A DNA stretch of 29,203 nt from Candidatus Zixiibacteriota bacterium (GCA_012797915.1 JAAZOE010000393.1:1-29203), one strand, 5' to 3'; counted from the stretch's first letter, positions 1 to 7,473 are shown. Numbers and translations are program-made. The notes: a model not told the origin generated them from the sequence alone.

Positions 1-594
1 GAGGGCTTTGCCTTTGATATTACTTTTATCCAGGCAGCCCCAGAAACGGCTGTCTTGGCTGTCGTCCCGGTTGTCCCCCATGACAAAATACTGACCATCC
101 GGCACGACCAACGGGCCGAAATTGTCCCGCGGCGACAGTTCCGCCGGGATAATCCGGCTGTCGATATTTTTCGAGCTTTCCGGAATCGGCGATATCTGCC
201 CGTCGACCACCAACACCTTGTCCACCACTTCGACCGTCTGCCCGCCGACGGCCACGATCCGTTTGATGTAATCCTTACCAGGGTCGTAGGGGTTGGAAAA
301 GACGATTACGTCGCCGATTTTGGGGGGCGAATATTCATAGGCCAGCTTGCTGACGAAGATGTAATCCCCGGCCAGCAGGGTATCTTCCATCGAGCCGGAG
401 GTGACATGATAGGCGGAGACGACGAAGAGACGCAGCAGCACCGCGGCCAGAAGCGCGATGAGGATGGTCTCGAGGTACTCGCGCAGGAGGGATTTGCCTT
501 TTTTCTGTTTCCGGCTGAGCTTATCCGCGACCGCCGTCCAGTCCGGCGGGCTGACCGGGTCATAGCCGGCCTGGGTCCCGAGTTGCTGATCCAT
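1..594 (-). CDS. lepB: Signal peptidase I (S26 family), 3' end runs off the window
   Basis: Manual translation from ATG at 594: MDQQLGTQAG...KGKSLLREYLETILIALLAAVLLRLFVVSAYHVTSGSMEDTLLAGDYIFVSKL...KDYIKRIVAVGG...YFVMGDNRDDSQDSRFWG. It has a TM anchor plus the SGSM (Ser), IKR (Lys) and GDNRDxSxDSR boxes. It is missing from the ORF track because there is no stop inside the window. Confidence 0.95.
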   Translation of the reverse strand, partial: MDQQLGTQAGYDPVSPPDWTAVADKLSRKQKKGKSLLREYLETILIALLAAVLLRLFVVSAYHVTSGSMEDTLLAGDYIFVSKLAYEYSPPKIGDVIVFSNPYDPGKDYIKRIVAVGGQTVEVVDKVLVVDGQISPIPESSKNIDSRIIPAELSPRDNFGPLVVPDGQYFVMGDNRDDSQDSRFWGCLDKSNIKGKAL

Positions 595-800
595 AGAATC
601 TGTATCGGCACCCGGGGCCAAAAATTGAGCCTGCCCCGGAAGCGAAATTGTATAATTCTCTGGGGTACAGACCGTTGGTGGCGGCACAGTGGTTTCGGCC
701 GGGATGGCATTTGGGGCGGGGTATAAATGAAGAAGGCGGGGCTCTGGTGGTAAGGTAGAAGGATGGTTAATGATCACTAATTCCATGGCGTTTGAAGATT

Positions 801-834
801 TTGCTTGACACCTTGGTCTTGAGGATAATACCAT
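801..834 (+). promoter_or_regulatory. Putative sigma70 promoter for the 931-3196 gene pair
   Basis: TTGCTT(801-806)-N17-GATAAT(824-829), or TTGACA(805-810)-N18-TACCAT(829-834). Confidence 0.5.
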
Positions 835-846
835 GAACATAGAAGG

Positions 847-884
847 GTCGTCGGCCGTCACTGGAATGAAGGACGGCAGACGGC
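847..884 (+). other. 5'-leader hairpin
   Basis: GTCGTC-G-GCCGTC (847-859) pairs with GACGGC-A-GACGGC (872-884): 12 bp including one G-U, around a 12-nt loop ACTGGAATGAAG. Confidence 0.45.
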
Positions 885-930
885 ACCGGCGCCAAGAAAC
901 TAAGGGTTTTCAAATAAATCGAGGTGGCAA

Positions 931-1743
931 ATGCGCGACCGAAGCAGATGCGCTGATATGTTGGCGTCCATGGTCGTTTTCTCCGTGTTCCTAATGATGG
1001 CTCTGATCATAGGCGGACGCCTTTTCGGGCAGGAGTTCCGTCCCGACAAAGATTATAGTCCGAATGAATTCGAAAAAACTCTGATTGACCGGATAAAAAT
1101 GGCCGCCAAACCAGATACAGGCGCAATGATGTTTATTTATCGAATGTCTCCGGCGATTGAAGACGCCTGTAAAGCGCTGGATAATCCAACACCGCAGGCA
1201 ATCGACAGCATCATGGAGTACGCCGGCGGTTGCCACAGGGTGATTTTTCGCGAATCAATGGTCAAACTTCAGGCCGATACTTCGGTGCTCGCAGAAATAA
1301 TGGCCTGTATGCCTCAGCAGGGACATTTCGCGGTAAAAACCGTCGAACTGCCAAAAGGTATATACCTTATCGTCTACTGGTCGCACATAGCCCAAAAGTG
1401 TCTCCCGGCGAAAGGGGGAATTGGCTATGGCGGAGGCATCTATCCGGGCGATCCCGATTTCTTTCGAATCGGGCTATCAGCAAGGGTTGATTCGGATTCA
1501 ATAAAGTACATACTGTACCGCGGCACAAGCAGCCTCACCGTACCATCTGATAGTATTGTTAAAATGGTCTCTTTTGCAACGGTTCATGATAGTTTCGATG
1601 TCTCGGTCGAATTCGAAAAAAGGCGTTTCGATATTTGGACTCTGAATCTCTATTCTCTCAATCGGACGACCAAACGGTATGATCTCATTGGCATTGCTAT
1701 CCCCGCTTGCGTTCTAGACGGCCCGCCGCGCCCGAGAAAGTAA
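931..1743 (+). CDS. Hypothetical exported protein, no recognised domain
   Basis: 270-aa ORF, GAGGTGG SD-like motif upstream, N-terminal hydrophobic stretch (MLASMVVFSVFLMMALIIGGRLFG-Q). It ends 23 nt before the next ATG. Confidence 0.7.
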   Translation: MRDRSRCADMLASMVVFSVFLMMALIIGGRLFGQEFRPDKDYSPNEFEKTLIDRIKMAAKPDTGAMMFIYRMSPAIEDACKALDNPTPQAIDSIMEYAGGCHRVIFRESMVKLQADTSVLAEIMACMPQQGHFAVKTVELPKGIYLIVYWSHIAQKCLPAKGGIGYGGGIYPGDPDFFRIGLSARVDSDSIKYILYRGTSSLTVPSDSIVKMVSFATVHDSFDVSVEFEKRRFDIWTLNLYSLNRTTKRYDLIGIAIPACVLDGPPRPRK

Positions 1744-1766
1744 GAGAGTCAAAAAAGGAGGAAAGG

Positions 1767-3196
1767 ATGCAACGGGCAATCATATATATTCTTATCGGGT
1801 TTATGGTTGAAACAGCGTATGCTGTTACGGGAACCGTGACTATTGGAGGGGAACAATCCGCGTCGGGTGTTCTTTCAATCCGGAATGGGATATATTTAGA
1901 GTCCAGTAAGCAAGGGGTTTGTGGCATAAGGCTAATTATTAAAAAAGTTCCCGACCAGCTTGCGGGGGGAAATAGTCCGGAATATTCCAATCGCGTTGTG
2001 ACGTTTGATGGGTCACAATCCGATATCATGCAGGAAATTGACGACGAGGTTGGGAGTCCGTGCTATTATCTCGTCTGGGGCGACACTATTGGCTCCACCG
2101 TTCACTTTCCAGACACGCATACCTTTGCGATTTGTCAAGACGCTATTATGAATCTTTCATCTATATTAGATGGTTTGGAAGACGGCACCCCATCTGATTA
2201 TACTAGTTGCCCTGACAGCCTGGCCTGCTTTTTGGCGGCGGTGCCTGGTGAAATCCAATCCGACACAGGCTATTATCGATTTTGCAGAGGCGGAGTTTAC
2301 GTACGGGTGCCAATACCGATATGAAGTGGTTTCGGCAGTCTTCAAATGGATAATAGAGAACTTGCGTTGGCGTTCTCCTTCGAATGATTCTGCTCATTTT
2401 GATGCACTCGGAATATTTTCGGATACTCTGGAACCAAGTCACTTCAATCGCTACCGCACCGACTGTAAAGGTTTTTCCCGCCTTTCAATTGCCTTTTTAC
2501 GAGCATTGGGTATTCCTGCCCGTTTTGTTTCCGGGACTACTTTTTAATGCCCTCTATGAAGTACCCATGGATGGTGGGGGTGTTATCGGCCTTACTTTTG
2601 GCCATGGCGCCCATGCTTGGGCGGAAGTCTATTATCCCAGCGCGGGGTGGATTCCGTATGATCCTCAAAGGTACTTGCACCATACCGATGTGCTCCGCTA
2701 TAAAAAGGCTCATGGAAGTCAGAACACCAACGTACATCCGGAATTATTCATGGTCTTGGTGCGAACTCCCAATATGTACGATTGGTGCGTTGTTCAATCC
2801 ATTAATGACGACTGGTCCACGCTTGATTGTTATTCCTCTAATATTTGCTCGATAGATAATCTGCATCTCCTGTCAATTGATCAGTCATACCCTACATATA
2901 AGATCGCAATTGCCGATTCGGCGTATGCCCCGGCGGGCGCCTGTTGCGTCGTGCCGGGGGATATCAACGACGATGGCAAGGTCACGGTTGGTGATCCGGT
3001 TTTCCTGATAACCTATATTTTCCGTGGAGGGCCGGAGCCAAATTGCGGGACCACCGCCGATACAAACAATGATTGTAACATAAACGTCGGCGATGCCGTC
3101 TACATAATCAATTATATCTTTCGCGGAGGTCCTCCGCCGGATTGCATTCCCTGTAAATCGTATCAGATGCCCGGCCAAGATATTGCATCACAATGA
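1767..3196 (+). pseudogene. Secreted transglutaminase-like (Cys-His-Asp) protein with C-terminal dockerin-like domain, split over three frames (frameshifts near 2263-2267 and 2541-2545)
   Basis: SD AAGGAGG and ATG at 1767 with a signal peptide. Frame 1 runs to ...FLAAVPGEIQSD. Frame 2 carries AIIDFAEAE...VFKWIIENL...DCKGFSRLSIAFLRALGIPARFVSG (Cys codon 2464-2466). Frame 3 carries HAWAEVYYPSAGWIPYDP (His 2612-2614, Asp 2660-2662) and then the dockerin. Confidence 0.85.
2942..3145 (+). other. Dockerin-like duplicated Ca-binding module (C-terminal domain)
   Basis: CCVVPGDINDDGKVTVGDPVFLITYIFRGGPEPNC...ADTNNDCNINVGDAVYIINYIFRGGPPPDC: two internal repeats of a DxNxDxxVxVxD loop plus helix. Confidence 0.85.
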
Positions 3197-3262
3197 GATC
3201 GTGCTTCCCGGAGCAGGTGTTTATACTACCGGCCCCATGCACCCCGTCAGTTCAACTTCCGC

Positions 3263-3293
3263 TTGACAAATCGGCCGATTCTTGGGTTATTTC
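3263..3293 (+). promoter_or_regulatory. Putative promoter with a perfect 12-bp palindrome in the spacer
   Basis: TTGACA at 3263-3268, AATCGGCCGATT palindrome at 3269-3280, weak -10 candidates TTATTT/TATTTC at 3287-3293. Confidence 0.45.
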
Positions 3294-3301
3294 GGGTGAG
3301 G

Positions 3302-3516
3302 AAGGTGCACGCGAGGCCGGTTCCGGAATCGGTCCGCCGCCCCGCGTAACGGCACCTTGGAGCGTCACGATACCAGACAACGCGTCGAAGACCACAATCG
3401 ACGCCGAACCGATTTCGACCCGGCCGGGGGAATGCCCAGTCGCGTTGTCGGAACGGAATCTGAACGCGACCACACGCTCGAGAGGGGAAGGGGCAAACGA
3501 TCCGGCCGGGCGAAAT
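3302..3516 (+). ncRNA. Candidate structured RNA / cis-regulatory leader of unknown family
   Basis: Hand-found helices: 3302-3308/3352-3358, 3309-3313/3343-3347, 3315-3322/3327-3334, 3382-3388/3398-3404, 3412-3417/3511-3516, 3419-3427/3502-3510, 3433-3437/3491-3495, 3439-3446/3463-3470. Long-range 3360-3365/3474-3479 and alternative 3376-3384/3441-3449. No riboswitch consensus that I recognise. Confidence 0.55.
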
Positions 3517-3540
3517 TAAATTTTCAACTGGGAGGGATGT

Positions 3541-3801
3541 ATGAAACGTTGGCTGACCTGGGGGCTGAGTTCACTCTTCGTGGCGGCCTTTGCCTTATCC
3601 ATGGTCGTGACCATGGCCCAACCGGCCGCGGCCACCGACAGCGGGGTGACTTGTTGCTTCATTAAACGATGTCCCGGCTTTCAACCGAGTGAAATGGGTT
3701 CAATCGGACCGGCGGGCTGCCTGCACTACGGCAACTCCTGCGACCGGTGGTGCGGTGAAGGCCCCGGAACCGAGCAACCGTTCCTGCCTCCGGACATTTG
3801 A
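3541..3801 (+). CDS. Small secreted cysteine-rich protein (86 aa, 6 Cys)
   Basis: SD GGAGGG at 3531-3536. Classical signal peptide MKRWLTWGLSSLFVAAFALSMVVTMAQPAAA. Mature part has CC-X4-C-X15-C-X6-C-X3-C. A hairpin follows. Confidence 0.8.
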   Translation: MKRWLTWGLSSLFVAAFALSMVVTMAQPAAATDSGVTCCFIKRCPGFQPSEMGSIGPAGCLHYGNSCDRWCGEGPGTEQPFLPPDI

Positions 3802-3820
3802 TGAAGTGATTTCTTTGTCT

Positions 3821-3851
3821 TCCTCCGGGCCGCAGTATCGGCCCGGAGGAG
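3821..3851. terminator. GC-rich hairpin between convergent genes
   Basis: TCCTCCGGGCCG / CGGCCCG(G)GAGGA, 12-bp stem with one bulge and a 6-nt loop. No strong U-tract. Confidence 0.5.
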
Positions 3852-3901
3852 CCTAATTCATCAATCATCTTTGGGGAAAAACGATCGCTCGGTCGGGCGC
3901 C

Positions 3902-4795
3902 TTACCGGGCGACGACATAAAGAAGCAGGAAAACCGTCGCCAGCCACAGCACCACCGTCCCCAGAAGCGGCCGGTCAGTCAGGAGTATCTCCGTCGGCGA
4001 CCCGCCCCGCTCCTCCTGATGAATCAGATACAGATAGCGGAAGAGACCGTAGATCACGAACGGCACGGTCAGGTAGAGATACTGCGTGTGCAGTTTCTGG
4101 GTCACCTCCGGCGAGATGACATAGATCAAATAACAGACCAGCACGGCCGGGGTGACCACGCCGATCAACTGGTCCAGGAAATAGCTCGAATACTGTTTCA
4201 AAATCCGCCGATGATCCACGCCGCCGTTTTCCAGCAGAATCAGTTCGTGGCGACGCTTGCCGAAGCCCAAAAACAGCGCCAGCAGAAACGAGGCGATCAG
4301 AAGCCAACCGGAGAAGAGCACCTTGATAACGACCGCCCCGGCCACCGCCCGCAGGACGAATCCGGCGGCAATGCACATCACGTCGATGATGACGATATGC
4401 TTGAGCCAGAGCGAATAGAGCAGGTTCAGCGCCAGATACCCGGCGGCGACGCCGAAAAACGGCAGGTCCAGGACGGCCGCCAGCCCCAGCCCGACGAGCC
4501 CCAGGAGACAGGCGGCGGTCAACGCCGCCCTTGGTGTTATCCGGCCGGCGGCGATCGGCCGATGGGCCTTGATCGGATGGTTGCGGTCGGCCTCGGCGTC
4601 GGCCAGGTCATTGATGATATAGACTGCCGATGATAACAGGCAGAAAAGCCCGGTGGCGGCCAGGGCGGTCAGCAGTCGGTGAGGGTCGTGGGCCGAGCCG
4701 GAAAATATCAGCCCGGCCAGCACCACGCCGTTCTTGACCCACTGCTGGGGCCGGAGAAGCTGGATAATATCCCGCGTTCTGGATTGATCGCTCAC
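3902..4795 (-). CDS. UbiA-family prenyltransferase (decaprenyl-phosphate phosphoribosyltransferase-like)
   Basis: LLRPQQWVKN, YIINDLADAEADRNHPIKAHRPIAAG, KHIVIIDV, GFVLR and GKRRHEL motifs, with multiple TM helices. GTG start. Confidence 0.92.
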   Translation of the reverse strand: MSDQSRTRDIIQLLRPQQWVKNGVVLAGLIFSGSAHDPHRLLTALAATGLFCLLSSAVYIINDLADAEADRNHPIKAHRPIAAGRITPRAALTAACLLGLVGLGLAAVLDLPFFGVAAGYLALNLLYSLWLKHIVIIDVMCIAAGFVLRAVAGAVVIKVLFSGWLLIASFLLALFLGFGKRRHELILLENGGVDHRRILKQYSSYFLDQLIGVVTPAVLVCYLIYVISPEVTQKLHTQYLYLTVPFVIYGLFRYLYLIHQEERGGSPTEILLTDRPLLGTVVLWLATVFLLLYVVAR

Positions 4796-4802
4796 AAGCG
4801 GT

Positions 4803-4830
4803 AAGATAGCATTCCGGCCGGGAAGTTCAA
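4803..4830 (-). promoter_or_regulatory. Putative extended -10 promoter immediately upstream of the UbiA start
   Basis: Minus strand: TTGAAC-N16-TATCTT with TGc just upstream of the -10, and only 7 nt between the -10 and the GTG. Confidence 0.5.
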
Positions 4831-4849
4831 CTAAAGATTTCGGCGGTCA

Positions 4850-4886
4850 CGCCGCGGCCGTTTGTTTCAAGCGAACGGCCGCGGCG
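4850..4886. terminator. 13-bp perfect hairpin downstream of the DUF5916 gene
   Basis: CGCCGCGGCCGTT (4850-4862) / AACGGCCGCGGCG (4874-4886). Confidence 0.6.
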
Positions 4887-4899
4887 CGTCGACACAAAT

Positions 4900-7197
4900 C
4901 TACGTCCGGAACAGGTATTGCAGCTTCATGAAAAACTGGCGCTGGGTCAGCTGCCACTCGGTCGGATGATCGGGGTTGACGGGCAACCGATCCAATTCGT
5001 TGTAGTCATAGGTCGACCCGACATAGAAGACCGAAAACGAGCCGAGCCGATAGGTCAGCAGCGGATCGACATCCCAGGCCTTGTCGAAATCGTTGTACTG
5101 CACGACCAGACGGAACGATAATTCCCGGGTGGCCTGGTATTGAATCCTGGTGCGGGTGATATACCCGTTGTAATAGCGCTCCTTGTGCTCCAGGCCGGTC
5201 ATGCGGGTGAAGTTGAAATTCGGTTCGATGGTCAACCGATCGATCGGCTTTAATGACATATATGCGCCGACCGTGGTTTCCTCGCCCTTGGCCATTTCGT
5301 AATACGCCAGACCCCGGCCATACTCCCAATAGAACCCGTACCCAAGTCCCTTGCCGGGCCGCCCGTCGATGTCGGCATAGATGTGCCACATATCGTCGAA
5401 CCCGACGCCTCGCCAGAGTTGATAGGCGTTGCTGTACCCCCCGCTGAATGAGGTCCCGGCCACCCGCGTGTTGACATTCAGGCTGGCGTTGATCTGGTCC
5501 GTCCGCTTGACCCCGGTAATGAAATCCCATCGCCGGAAGGCATACATGTTCGGGGTGATCGTCACGATCGGGCCGGATTTCGGGTAGATCGTGTAACTGA
5601 GCGCCGCCTCGCCGGTGCGATGGTTGTTGACCGGGTCATATCCGTTCTGCGTGCGGTAACTCGGTTCGATCTGGTTATACCCGAGGAAATAGTTCAGGCT
5701 GCGGGCGTCGCGATCGAAACGGACGATAAAGGCGTGGCCGGAGTAATCCTCGCCGTCGAGGCCGATGGTATGCTTATCCCGGTCAAACGTCCGGTCGCCG
5801 TACCCCGGGGTCAGCGACGGTTTGTCCGGCTCCAGCGTATGGGTGAACAACGCCTGTCCGACGATATGATACTGCGGCGACAAGCGCAGGTCGCCGTCGA
5901 CCGAGAATACCGTCCCCGACCCGCCGCCGTCGAAGCGGCGGTCCGTGAGCATGACACCCAGCCGGGAGTTGGCCCCGAACTGCTGGGACGCCCTCAGGAT
6001 GGTCGAGGTGCTCTTGCCGGTGTTCAACAGCACGCTGCTGGCGTCCAGCGGGATCATATACGGCGTGTTGTCGTCGCGGGCGACGACCGCTCCGATCGTG
6101 GTCCCCCCGGTCCGGCCGGTGACTTTGGCTGCCAGCGAGGGATCATTAATGGTGCGGGTGTAAAACGAATTGAACAGGGTGGCGAAAATGTCGCTCCCTT
6201 CCTGGAAAAACGGCCGCCGCTCGGGATACATCAGCGAGATGGTCGAGTTGACGTCGATCTGGTCGGCATCGGCCTCAATCTGGCTGAAATCGGGGTTGAG
6301 GGCCGCTTCCATGGTGATGTCCGAAGTCAGGGCGTATTTTCCGCCCAGCGACATTTCCCCTTTCGGCTTGCCGTTGTCAAAATTGTACGCCGGGTCGGCG
6401 GTCTCGGTCAGATGGCCCGATTGGGTGGCCACGAAGGCCGGCAGGATCTCGATCCCTTTGCCCGGTCGGACATCGCGGATGCCATCAAGGGTGCCCCATT
6501 GGCAGGAGCGGCAGCGCTCGTTCCGGTTGACCGCCGCCCAGGCGTATTGCTGGGTCGTCCCGCGCGGCCGGCTGCGGATAAACTGGACCCGCCAGTTTTG
6601 TTCGTCCTTGTTGGGAAAGCGCATACTGGCGAACGGAATCGCGATCTCGACCGTGTAGCCGGAATCGGTGATTTTTGCCGCCGATTCCCAGATCAAATCG
6701 TACCCGGAGTCCTCGCCCATGATGCTGGTCCAGAGCATGTCCTTCTGTACCCCGTACGGGTTGACCATAAACTCATACGCCCAGGAGGTGTTGTTATAGG
6801 TGTCCAGGCAGACGCCGACCATATCGTCGCCGGAATACCGGTCGCGCTGGCTCATGGTTGCCCGCAGTTGATCGGGATGATCGTCATAGCAGACGAAAGC
6901 GACATAGAGTTTGTCCGCATCGTAGGTGACCAACACGTCGGTTCGCACTTCCGGCCGGATGTTTTCCCCTGGCTGGACCTCGGCGAAGTTGCCGAACCGG
7001 GCGGCGGCCTTCCAGACGGGATCGTCTAGGGCGCCGTTGATATCGACGTCATCGGCGGTTTTGGCGATGGTGAGGCTCGGTTGCACTTGCGGCTGGAACG
7101 ATTCCTCCGTGGGGACGGCGAATGCGTTCGCGACCAGGACAATCATGAGGGCGGCGGTGAGGAACCGAGATGGTCGAAAAGAGACAATAGGTTCCAT
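4900..7197 (-). CDS. CBM9-like sugar-binding domain plus DUF5916 beta-barrel-like protein (exported)
   Basis: Signal peptide, then INGALDDPVW...FAEVQPGE...YDADKLYVAFVCYD, YTVEIAIPFASMRF, LEAALNPDFSQIEAD, YPERRPFFQEG, FYTRTI and a C-terminal FFMKLQYLF. Start placed at ATG 7197 (AAGGA SD); 7233 is an alternative. Confidence 0.85.
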   Translation of the reverse strand: MEPIVSFRPSRFLTAALMIVLVANAFAVPTEESFQPQVQPSLTIAKTADDVDINGALDDPVWKAAARFGNFAEVQPGENIRPEVRTDVLVTYDADKLYVAFVCYDDHPDQLRATMSQRDRYSGDDMVGVCLDTYNNTSWAYEFMVNPYGVQKDMLWTSIMGEDSGYDLIWESAAKITDSGYTVEIAIPFASMRFPNKDEQNWRVQFIRSRPRGTTQQYAWAAVNRNERCRSCQWGTLDGIRDVRPGKGIEILPAFVATQSGHLTETADPAYNFDNGKPKGEMSLGGKYALTSDITMEAALNPDFSQIEADADQIDVNSTISLMYPERRPFFQEGSDIFATLFNSFYTRTINDPSLAAKVTGRTGGTTIGAVVARDDNTPYMIPLDASSVLLNTGKSTSTILRASQQFGANSRLGVMLTDRRFDGGGSGTVFSVDGDLRLSPQYHIVGQALFTHTLEPDKPSLTPGYGDRTFDRDKHTIGLDGEDYSGHAFIVRFDRDARSLNYFLGYNQIEPSYRTQNGYDPVNNHRTGEAALSYTIYPKSGPIVTITPNMYAFRRWDFITGVKRTDQINASLNVNTRVAGTSFSGGYSNAYQLWRGVGFDDMWHIYADIDGRPGKGLGYGFYWEYGRGLAYYEMAKGEETTVGAYMSLKPIDRLTIEPNFNFTRMTGLEHKERYYNGYITRTRIQYQATRELSFRLVVQYNDFDKAWDVDPLLTYRLGSFSVFYVGSTYDYNELDRLPVNPDHPTEWQLTQRQFFMKLQYLFRT

Positions 7198-7342
7198 GAC
7201 CAGAATCCTTTGTTTCTGGTTGCCGCGGGTCATCGGTTGACCCGCACCAAAAAAAGATTGCAGTTGAGTTGTCTTGAGACGCTGCCCCTCCACCCGGATG
7301 CAGCGACTCCCGACGGCCCCCGGCGGGGAGAACCGCCACAGG

Positions 7343-7368
7343 TATCGATACGGGGAGGTGTATCAATA
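7343..7368. promoter_or_regulatory. Inverted repeat, possible transcription-factor operator
   Basis: TATCGATAC-N8-GTATCAATA (9-8-9, one mismatch) in the intergenic region upstream of the DUF5916 gene. Confidence 0.35.
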
Positions 7369-7473
7369 TGTTTCAGGATTTTAGCCGAGAGAACTGGGCT
7401 TTGTTGTTATGGAAACGAATATTTTGGTATCGCGCGGAAATACGCTGCTGACTGTTATTCGTCCGTTCCGGTG

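Noticed and set aside
55-726. 223-aa plus-strand ORF and 134-aa minus-strand ORF (306-710)
   Set aside because: Shadow and alternative frames of the clearly recognisable lepB at 1-594 on the minus strand.
3241-3500. Partial resemblance of the leader to c-di-AMP (CCCGTCAG, GGGGGAA), c-di-GMP-I (GGCAAAC), RNase P (GAGGAAGGT) or group II intron D5 (GAGAGGGG)
   Set aside because: Only isolated short words match, in the wrong order or without their partner motifs.
5620-7029. Long antisense ORFs (469 aa here; also 8961-9956, 16009-17142, 21167-22036, 26082-27080, 27950-28813)
   Set aside because: They mirror well-supported genes on the opposite strand. Stop-poor antisense frames are expected at high GC3, and none shows a recognisable motif.
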